Below, piece by piece: positions 53,966-64,000 of a DNA stretch of 64,000 bases. The position numbers and the translations under genes are program-made. Below the pieces are notes generated by a model, which worked only from the letters and a program-made list of their open reading frames with translations, was not told where the DNA came from and made no database searches. Source of the stretch: Felis catus (lineage: Eukaryota); the NCBI RefSeq assembly GCF_018350175.1, contig NC_058369.1:25608001-25672000 (forward strand), given 5' to 3'. The stretch's first letter is position 1. Every line of letters begins with the position of its first letter.

Positions 53966-56044
53966 CTGTAAAGAAAGAACAAAAAATACGTGATTAACAG
54001 AATACTATATATAACCACAGTCTTTAAAATTTCTTAATCAGAAAATTGAATACTCCCTCCCAAATGCCCAAGGTATTATTTAGTCAGCAGTTACCATAAA
54101 TGTATAGGAAAAAAGTAAATGAAAAAATTAATATATAAAACTAAAGGAATAATGGCATAAATACATTAAAGTTTGCATCTTACAAATGTTTAATTTTATA
54201 ATGGTCTCACTAACTATATTGATTAGGAGTGTTCTAATACATGCTTCTCACAAACTCTTGCCACATTTAAATCTACTCCTACTGATTCATTATTAGATTT
54301 AATCAATGATCTAGTCCTTAATCCGAAAAGAACATTCATAGGAAGATTAGTAACTAAGTACCCACCAGGTCCTTATAACCCTCGTTTCCCATAAAACTAA
54401 GTTCAAAGTACAGAAGGCAAAATTTTGAAAAAAGTAGGAGCTGCTGATAGAGGCAGGCTTTTCAGATAACTTCACTATCTGTATGTAGTCTCATGTATTC
54501 TAAAAAGTTCCACTTTTTAAACTGGTAATGAATTATATCTCAGTAACTCCATGAATACCATGAAAAGCTAACAAACAGCAAGAAAAAGATCTAGAAAGCA
54601 ATTTCATTACCTTGAAGGATAGTTTATTTTTAATACTTTTCTTTACTGACTAGTTTTATTCTACCTTACAATAAAGACTTCGCTTTAATATTGCAAGTTC
54701 AATGCAAGTATACAATGCTACCAATTATTATTTGAATATCAAACACCCAGAAACCTAGAAGGCTGGGAAAAGGCATAAATTATTATCTTCACAGCACTGG
54801 AAACTGGTAGCATTTACAGTTTATCTTGTTTAAATCATCCTGGGACATCTCAAACATACTATGCTGTTATTGCCACAGCACAGTATTTACCTTGTTGACA
54901 ACTTAGTAAAAACCTTGTAAAGCACAAGTCACACTATAGTTTGTGATATCTTTATATATAAAACAGTATATTGTGTTTTCCCAGTATTTAAATCACTGAC
55001 CTAAACAAGCTACTGGAGAACAAGTATAACATTTCTTATAATTTTTTTTAAAGTTTATTTATTTTTGAGAGAGAGACAGAGCACGAGGGGTGTGGGGGCT
55101 GGGCGAGAGAGAGAGGGAGACATAGAATCCAAAGCAGGCTCCGGCTCTGAGCAGTCAGCACAGAACCCAACGCAGGGCTTGAACCCATGAACCACGAGAT
55201 CATGATCTGAGCCAAAGTCAAACACTCAACCGACTGAGCCACCCAGGCACCCCTCTTATAATTTTAAATTCAAAACTTGTTTAATGTCATAATTATAGTT
55301 CACAAGCTTTTGATGTTAACAGGCAAACAGTAAAAAATAGTATTATCTAAAATATGGCTGCTAAATACTGCAGTTTTAATAAGAAAACCAAATTACAAAA
55401 TACTTGCTGCAAAGCTATTTAAAAGATTTTAAATTAAAATTAACAATATCAATAATCTTTATATAATTCTCATCAAGTACAATTTTCTCATAAAGTATTT
55501 ATCAATACTAAATGGTTTGAGGGGGGGCGCCTGGGTGGCGCAGTTGGTTAAGCGTCTGACTTCAACCAGGTCACGATCTCGCAGTCCGTGAGTTCAAGCC
55601 CCGCGTCGGCCTCGGTGCTGACGGCTCAGAGCCTGGAGCCTGTTTCCGATTCTGTGTCTCCCTCTCTCTCTGCCCCTCCCCCATTCATGCTCTGTCTCTC
55701 TCTATCCCAAAAAATAAATAAACGTTGAAAAAAAAATAAATGGTTTGAGGGTAAAGTTAATAAAAATCAAAATAAAAGTATCTGAACATTTGGATTCTTA
55801 AAGGATAAATATTAAATGTTAAAAAATGGAGAAGATATTAAAGTAGTTTAAAATTGAACACACACTTACAAAAGCCTGAAAGGACTCGTGTCTGTAAGCA
55901 AGACTATATTACTGTATTTTTTTAAATGATGTGCTCATTATCTATTCAAAAGGGACAATTAATATGTATTTAAACTGAATACGTACTTAAACAATTAAAC
56001 TATTAATTCTAATAGGAGGTTAATACAAATCTCCAAATACTTAC

Positions 56045-56170
56045 TGTTCTGTTACGAAGAGACTGAAGACCTAATTTATCTGTCATTTCACTGATGGCCA
56101 TAGCATTTGGCAAATCCTGTTTGTTTGCAAAAAGCAGCAACACTGCATCTTGCAACTCATCTTCCTGAAG
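56045..56170 (-). CDS. ARF4: ARF4 exon ([42 protein letters not shown])
   Basis: G4 motif NKQD, tttccag acceptor, gtaagt donor, 126 nt. Confidence 0.96.
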
Positions 56171-56729
56171 CTGGAAATAAAAGCTGAGAGTTTAACAACT
56201 AACAAACTGGAACTCAATTATTGTCACAAAGGAGGGAAAACACTGTCTTCCTACATATATCACTTATTCAACATTAAATACATTATTAAACATCAACATA
56301 ATTTCACTACATGAAGTTCATACACGCTTAACAACTTAAACCTCATATCCTTCCATTTTTAAATCCCAAGCAAATAATCATATGCCTTTCAAGTAAAGCA
56401 AAACTATTTTTCAAGCCAATCATCCTGCACTCCATTAAAGTAAATCATTTATTTCAGCTTTCATGATCATCCATTAAGAGTCAGGATTGGCAAGGACCAG
56501 AAACACAAATGGGAATATGTATTTACGGCAGAATCTTATGGTACTCAGTAGTAAAGTTATTGAGAGGATTCTTTTTGGACTTGTATTCCTTTCCAGCCAG
56601 CTGGACCATACACCAGTAGGACAACAAAACAATGATTATGGTATTAGCAGTATCATGAAAAATACAAGAACGCAAGAGTATATTACAATAGGAAATAATA
56701 TAAGAGTAAATAAGTAATAAGTAAAAGTA

Positions 56730-57105
56730 TATAGAAGCTGGCAGGCATGAGTACTGACACATGACACAACATGGACCAGCCCTGAAAACTTATGCTAAGT
56801 GAAAAGTAACGAAAAGTTAAAAAAGACCATATATTGTATGATTCTATTTATATGAATGTCTAGAATAGGCATATACACATATAAAGTAAATCAGTGGTTG
56901 TAAGGGCTGGGGGTATGGGGTGGAGTAGGGGAAGGAATGGGGAATAGTTCTAGAGAATTTCTTTCTGGGTCAATGAAAATGTTCTAAAAAAGTAGACTGT
57001 GGTAATGTTTGCATAATTTTGTTTACTAAAAACCAGTAACTTACACATTTTAAATGAGTGAAGTTTATGGTATGTGAATTGTATCTTGATAAAGCTGTTT
57101 ACAAA
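56730..57105 (+). mobile_element. Old L1M 3' end
   Basis: tatgctaagtgaaa...atattgtatgattctatttatatga...atcttgataaagctgtt. Confidence 0.75.
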
Positions 57106-57320
57106 AAGAGTAGAAGAGGTGATATTTAACTCATCAGACAAACTACCAGTGACTTAGTTACATATCTATTGGCACAATGGCTTTACAAACTGCACTACAG
57201 TCTTAGAAGTAATGAATGAGAATTAAGACTTCATTTCAATAAATATTTTATGGCTACACCATGAAACCATGACAAGGTGCCTCTAGCAAGATTCCTCAAT
57301 AAATTTTCACAATATAAATA

Positions 57321-58891
57321 CAGCTGACCCTTGAACAACTTGGGTTTTAACTGTGTAGGTCAATTTATACATGGATTTTTTACAGTACATTACTGTAAAC
57401 ACATTTTCTCTTATAATTTTCTTAGCAATTTTATCTAGCTTACTTTATTGTAAAAATCTAGTATATGATACATACAATATTTGAAATATGTGTTAACTGT
57501 TATCGGTCAACAGTAGGCTATTACTATATTACTACTTAAGTTTTTTTGTGTGTGAGATAAATCTAAAATGAGATTTATTTCAATAAAATACAACTGACAG
57601 TTGAAAAAAATTGAGATATGAATATCCTTTTCTAATTTTTCTAATATTTTAGTTGACAGACAAATGCACAGAAACATTCCAACTGAGAGTTGGGATTGCC
57701 AGGAATATTGCAGAAAAAAGGTCCACATTCAGCAGAAAGCTGGATTACAGGTCTTTTGGGGCCCTTCCAACCCTAAGATTTTCAGATTCTTTTAGAGTAT
57801 GCCAGTCACTTTAAATATATTTAAAACAACAGATTTCATGTTATAGCGTGAAGCTACAAAAAACTGCAGGTATTAGAAGAGTTCCAAAAACACTAAAAAA
57901 TGTTCACTCCAAATTTGCTATTTAAATGACCTATCAAAGACTGAAACAAAAAATGACACAATGGAATTCTTATTAGATCATAGTGTGATTCTTCTCAAGC
58001 TATAGAACAAGCTCTTTAAAGGTAAAATCCTCTGCCCAACTGCTTTACTCCCTAAATGAGGTTTTGGAACATATGTTGAATAAATGTGTATCTCTAATTT
58101 GTAGGTTTTGTTGTATTGGCTTTATCTTGTCTGAATTTTCCATATTGTCCCAAATCATCTTTCTGTTTACTCTTTTCAGTCTGTATTTCCAAAAGCTTAC
58201 TTTCTGAAGCTTGTTTTAATTGTAATCTCTTCTTCCCAACATCAAGCAGTTTTTCCTCCAAATCCCAGATTCCTGGTGTGATTTCATTATTAATTTAGCT
58301 TTAGTACATGTTTCATGTGATCCATGAGCACACTTGGGGTTAATTTTCTCCAGATTCTTTTTTAAGTGCAGTTGAAAGTTGCATCCTGTCTAACACAAGC
58401 TTTTTCATTTCAAAAGCAATTTTCCAGGTCTTCAATTTTAGCTTCAATTTGCTTATCTTACATGATTTGTTCTACTGGAGTTTTGTTTTTGTTTTTTTCA
58501 TTTACATGAACCACTGAGTTATATTCCAAGAGTTTTTTTGTCTGTGCTCGCAGCCTGAGCAGAAGGGTCGAGCGGTCCTTGGTCCCTGGGCTGCACCACC
58601 TGGGCGCCGGTGGCCTGTGCTGCCCGCCTTCCCCGCCTCCTGCTCTGAAGTCCAAGGGCTTGGCAGCCGCTTGCTCTTCAGGCTGCTTCTCCATTGTGAC
58701 TGGCAGGAAGAGCTACCACCTGGGATGGAAGATGCGGCCTCAGGAGCCAATATTCCCACCACTAAACTGTAGCCCAGAAAAGCAGCAGTTTTTGAGGATT
58801 CAAAAGTAATATGTGGATTTTCAACTGTACATATGGGTGGGTGGGGCCTGAGCTGGCACCCTTAATCCCCATGCTGCTCAAAGGTCAACTG
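57321..58891 (+). mobile_element. Tigger2-like (Tc1/mariner) non-autonomous DNA transposon, split by the CENPH retrocopy (halves 57321-57545 and 58787-58891)
   Basis: Terminal inverted repeats CAGCTGACCCTTGAACAAC ... GCTGCTCAAAGGTCAACTG, left TA. Internal sequence resumes across the insertion at AAGTTTTT|GAGGATTCAAAAGT. Confidence 0.85.
57546..58786 (-). pseudogene. Processed pseudogene of centromere protein H (CENPH) in an ARF4 intron
   Basis: Intronless CENPH-like frame from 58694 to 57973 (LLLRLRAQTK.LLEY, EQIM*DKQIEAKIEDLEN, LQLKQASESKLLEIQTEK, FQNLI, WAED, LEKN) with stops and frameshifts. 3' UTR with AATAAA (57574-57579), A-tract, and AGTTTTT target-site duplication. Confidence 0.92.
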
Positions 58892-59395
58892 TGTATGAAA
58901 ACAATCTGATACATGACAAAGCCAAAATACCATCATCAACTGAAATACTACTACCTTCAGGTAGAATTCTTTATCCTGGCTACTATTACAAAACATTTCA
59001 AAGTATTGGTTATACAGGAACAGCACAGAGAAAACCAAAACCAATGACCTTGCAAATAAGGGATTTGAACCAAGATTCTTACATCACAAAAGTTTCAAAA
59101 CCATAGATTTTTTATCTATTAAATAAAGGACTGGACTAATGGAGACATCCTCAACCAGAGACATATATCACCCATGGGGCACTCTAAAAAGCTGAGCCTT
59201 CTTCTCAACTTAATGACGTAGCTACTCTTCTGTGTGTTTTTTAAAAAGCTCTGCCGGAGACTTTTACCTGCATGGTTCTTTCTAGAAAAAATTCATTTCT
59301 GTAATCTAATCACAGTATGGTACCATCCACTAACAATACCGCTGTCACCCTGAAAAACATATCTTGCAAACAAAAGATTTAAAAAATATTCTTAC

Positions 59396-59467
59396 CATTT
59401 TCTGCAGCTCTTCAGCTCCTTCCTGAATTCTTTCACGATCATTACTATCTACCACAAAAATAAGACC
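59396..59467 (-). CDS. ARF4: ADP-ribosylation factor 4 exon ([24 protein letters not shown]); upstream exons lie outside the window
   Basis: ttttccccag acceptor, ATG|gtaag donor, ARF motif [12 protein letters not shown], 72 nt. Confidence 0.95.
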
Positions 59468-62381
59468 CTGGGGAAAAATTGTGTAAATAAATTATTAACA
59501 GTTAACTTTAAAGGAGACACCAAATATAAAACATAAGTAAGTACAAGCAGAAAAACCATACTGAGTTAAACATTAAGGAAGACAATGTCTCCTTATTAAT
59601 AGAAAAAAAAAAAAAAAACAGGGCCCTAAGTACTAAAAATGATTTGAGCACTATTTGTGATTTTAACTTATGTTATTTAAAAAAAAAAATCTTGGGGCCC
59701 TGGGTGGCTCAATTGGTTAAGCGTCTAACTTCGGCTCAGGTCATCTCATGGTTCGTGGGTTTGAGCTCTGCAATTTGGCTCTGCACTGACAGCTCGGAGC
59801 CTGGAGCCTACTTTGGATTCTGTGTCTCCCCTTCCTCTCTGCCCCTTCCTGCTTGTGTTCGCTCTCAAAAATAAACATTCAGGGGCGCCTGGGTGGCGCA
59901 GTCGGTTAAGCGTCCGACTTCAGCCAGGTCACGATCTCGCAGTCCGTGAGTTCGAGCCCTGCGTCAGGCTCTGGGCTGATGGCTCGGAGCCTGGAGCCTG
60001 TTTCCGATTCTGTGTCTCCCTCTCTCTCTGCCCCTCCCCCGTTCATGCTCTGTCTCTCTCTGTCCCAAAAATAAATAAAAAACATTGAAAAAAAAATTAA
60101 AAAAAAAATAAAAAATAAACATTCAAAAAAATAGTAAAATAAAAATCTTACTCTTCACCAATTGATCACTTTTTTCAACTACACTAAGAATAAATTTTAT
60201 CCCTCTTACCTCACACAGGAAAGCATAGATGGGAACAAAAGATAATAGAATAAACCAAAGACTCTAAAGATCCATGAATTTACTAACTGAATTAGCTTAT
60301 TCAGTCAAAGGCAAGCACAAAGTGCTTTAAAAAAATAAGAGGGGGAAGACGCACCCTACAGTTTTTTTTTTTTAATGTCTATTTTTGAGAGACCAAGAGA
60401 GAGAACACGAGCAAGGGAGAGCAGACAGAGAGGAAGACACAAAATCCCAAGCAGGTTCTAGGCTCTGAGCTGTCAGCACAGACATGAGGCCTGAACTCAC
60501 AAACTGTGAGATCACAACCTGAGCTGAAATCCAATGCTTAACCAACTGAGCCACTTAGGTGCCCCTACAGTTTTTATAGGCTTCACAGGAAAAATCAGTT
60601 CTGCTCCATAATGTTGTTGACCTATCAAATAAGAAGACTTTTTTTTTTTTTTTTTTAAGTTAAGCTCAATGTGGGGCTTGAACTCACAACCCTGAGATCA
60701 AGAGTCCCACAGACTGAGTCAGCCAGGTGCCTTCAGATATGAAATTCTTTTTTTATTTTTTAAAATGTTGATTTAGGGGCGCCTGGGTGGCGCAGTCGGT
60801 TAGGCGTCTGACTTCAACCAGGTCACGATCTCGCGGTCCGGGAGTTCGAGCCCCGCGTCAGGCTCTGGGCTGATGGCTCGGAGCCTGGAGCCTGTTTCCG
60901 ATTCTGTGTCTCCCTCTCTCTCTGCCCCTCCCCCGTTCATGTTCTGTCTCTCTCTGTCCCAAAAATAAATAAAAAACGTTGAAAAAAAAATTAAAAAAAA
61001 ATGTTGATTTATTTTTGAGAGAGAGTGAGTGTACATGCGAGCAAGGGATGGACAGAGAAGGTGCAGGGGGACAGCTGACAGCATAGAGCCTGATGCAGGC
61101 TCGAACCCACAAACTGCGAAACCATAACCTGAGCCAAAGTTGGACACTCAACCCACTGAGCCACAAAATTCTTAACAAAAAGAAAAATAGTAACCATTCT
61201 TATTGATATTCACAAATATTAAAATTCCATGCTAGAAAAGAAATGGAATTAAGGGAACAGTTAAGACTTCTCTAAAAACTTTCAAATGGAAAAGTATAAA
61301 ATTTTCAACTGGAGTAAGAAAGAGAGGGCAGATTACCTTGATAGCTTTGTTAAAATCTATTCCTATTAATACTAAAGTGATTACTTTAAAAATTATTCTC
61401 CCTACAACCCTAACCATTGAAGTATTTCTGATCATTTGTCACTTTAGCACAAACTGTCTTGTGCTTATTTATGTCAGTAACTTGATTAAATCCACTGAGG
61501 GCATAAAATCCACTTAAGGCAAAGGGCTACATTATTTTCTATTTACCCCTCAGGACCACCACAGTACTAAGCTTGCCAGGTTTACCAAATATTTATTTTA
61601 GGCTATAGTCATTAAATAACAATTTCCTTTGGTCTAGCAAATTTCAAACCCATTTCCTTTATCTCTGCTGGAAACCATCATCTTAAACATCCTAACCATT
61701 GAAAATATTTCTGGTGCTATGAGAGCCAGTATGGCATAATAGAAAGATAACCAAATTCAAATCTCAAGACTACTTATTATATGAATTATCTAATCCTTGA
61801 ACATGTCTCCTCTTTTATAAAACAATGCCATCAACTTTATAAGCCAGTTAAATGTAATCATAGAGGCACAAAAAGAATCTAGCATCGTACTTGACTTATC
61901 ACAGGCATTTAGGAAAAGTTGCCTCCTTCCTCTTCTATTCCAAAAGCCATTCCTTTTTTATAATTTCTTTTTTAACATTTATTTATTATCGAGAGACAGA
62001 GAGACACAGAGCATGAGCAGGGAAGGGGGCAGAGAGAGGGGGAGACACAGAATCCGAAGCAGGCTCCAGGCTCTGAGCTGTCAGCACAGAGCCTGACGTG
62101 GGGCTCAAACTCACAAACTGTGAGATCATGACCTGAGCTGAAGTCAGACGCTTAACCGACTGAGCCACCCAGGTGCCCCAAAAGCTATTCCTTTTTAGAA
62201 TCTACCCTTTGGAAGAGGCAATGCCTCCAAAAGGGATCTAATTTTATCTGGATTACTAACAACCCATTTTTATTCTCTTTTAAAATGTAGGGGCACCTGG
62301 GTGGCTCAGCTGGTTAGGAGTCCAACTCTTGATTTCAGATCAGGTTATGACCTCAGGCACTGGGTGTGGAACCTGCTTGAG

Positions 62382-62422
<41 letters not shown>

Positions 62423-64000
62423 GTCTCCCTCTGCCTTCCCCACCCCCCGCGTCCTGCACACAAGTGTGCTAATAAGAAATTTGCTAATTAAAAATAAAAT
62501 AAAATATAAAATAATGCTATCAGTCCCAAAGTAACACTATTGGGAGAGAGAAGTATTTCAGCAATAAATTCAAAGTTATTCACTTCCTGGGACAACCCAG
62601 AATCAAGAATGTAGAAAAGCTAGGATTCTAAAGATAAGTTCCGCTACAGTAAGAAAAAACTACCTAAAAGGGCAAGTATTTACTTATTTAGAATAGCAAA
62701 ATAATTGGAATTGTCTAATGAGGGAAGAGCAATTTACTACAACAAACACTGTGTCCTGGCTTGTTAAAAAAGTTACAAGCATGATTAAATGGTATTGGTT
62801 TCTTTTACATTTTATAGCTAAAAGAACTAACCAGGAATGCTAGAAAAGCTGGTGTTAAGAGCTTAGCTGAGATTACATCAGGTAACACATAAAACTTTCT
62901 CCTACAGGAATGAGTTCTCAAGGAAAAAATACTTGGACTTTTGATTATAAGGTGATCTAAAGAGGCCAGGAATGGGTCTAATCTCAATTAAGAGCTCAAA
63001 AGTAAGTTACAAAGCATTGTAAACAAATCTAGAATAAGATTAGGGTTACTCTTGGTCAAGAATAACAAATTAAGAATTAGCAAAGCTTTACTTCATCCCT
63101 AATTTTACTTCAAAAACATCTTTCCTAAATGAAAGGACTATGACTTGCTTTACAATAATCTAAAAGGTGAATTACATAAGAGAGGAATATCGATTAAACA
63201 ATACTGGCTATATCCTAATAACTGAAGTTGGGTAACAGAGATGTGGAAGTTTATATGCTATTCTCTCTACTTTTGCATACATTTGACAATTTCCATAATA
63301 AAGTTTTTTTAAGCATGTGACTCTTATCAAAATAGCTTTTTTAAAAAAATGTTTATTTATTTTTGAGAGAAGGAGAGAGAGAGAGAGCAAGCAGGGAAGG
63401 GGGAGAGGGAAAGGAAGACAGAGAATCCAAAGCAGTGCAGAGCCTGACACAGGGCTCGAACCCACAAACCGCGAGATCATGACCTGAGCCAGTCGGAAGC
63501 CCAACCAACTGAGCCACCCAGGTGCCCCTCAAAATAACTTTTCTAATCACAGCTAATGAACAGAAACATTCTTATTTTTAAATAAAAAAGCATGTTATTT
63601 ACTGGACATGACATACTACTTAAACCTGGTAGTTCCAGCCACTCATGTAGGGTATTCACTGCCACCTGGTGGCAATATGCCTCACTTGCATACAATGTTT
63701 TATGAGTTGGAGACCAAGAATGACCTGTGCAAATCTTACACATATGAAGTGTTGGTAACATCACACATTACTTAAAAAATGTTATCTATCAACTCCGGTA
63801 ATAAACAAAAACTGATGAGAAACTTCTCCTGTGGTAGAAAACACGAGTGGGGTGCCTAGCTGGCTCAGTCAGTTAAGTGTCTGACTTTGGCTCAGGTCAT
63901 GATCTCACAGTTCGTGGGTTCAAGCCCCGTATTGGGATCTGGGCTGAACACTTTCTCAGAGCCTGGAGGCTGCTTCGGATTCTGTCTCCTTCTCTCTCTG

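Larger units (their letters stand above)
1561..64000. repeat. About 55 dispersed CanSINE/SINEC copies across the window (e.g. 1561, 3262, 5142, 6294, 8029, 9120, 10117, 10730, 12751, 13348, 13939, 15283, 15645, 15890, 21522, 24416, 26310, 33697, 34360, 35537, 35717, 38967, 45060, 46480, 47365, 50749, 55042, 59693, 60362, 61965, 62290, 63335, 63849)
   Basis: Repeated tRNA-like head, CT-rich linker and A tail. These explain most of the short MAQSV/AQVMIS ORFs. Confidence 0.95.

Noticed and set aside
4028..63550. Many 60-115 aa ORFs sharing MAQSV/AQVMIS/LEPASDSVSPSLS motifs, resembling a protein family
   Set aside because: All are translations of CanSINE copies.
1..64000. tRNA genes, CRISPR arrays or prokaryotic systems
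   Set aside because: The tRNA-like A/B boxes all belong to SINE heads. There is no regularly spaced repeat-spacer array, and the sequence is mammalian.

Overview
Mammalian genomic DNA from a felid carnivore, judged by about 55 CanSINE/SINEC_Fc-type tRNA-derived SINEs and carnivore L1 3' ends. It covers the conserved DNAH12-PDE12-ARF4 locus. Minus strand: 12 coding exons from the 5' part of DNAH12 (ATG at 27943, open frame through the exon ending at 1833, gene continues off the left edge), with an RFX X-box and a forkhead site in the promoter. Plus strand: the complete 3-exon PDE12 gene (37339-41076, 608 aa) in a CpG island. Minus strand: the last three coding exons and 3' UTR of ARF4. The rest is mostly SINE, L1, L2, MIR, LTR and microsatellite DNA. 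The most notable non-obvious items are: (1) a full-length CENPH processed pseudogene inserted into a Tigger2-like DNA transposon inside an ARF4 intron; (2) a 2.2 kb L1 carrying an apparent 3' transduction that landed about 30 nt from a DNAH12 splice acceptor; (3) a weak-ATG/strong-ATG plus uORF arrangement in PDE12; (4) several nested or duplicated retroelement structures. Gene and repeat identities come from my recall of known sequences, not from a database search. I found no evidence of a wholly new biological system.
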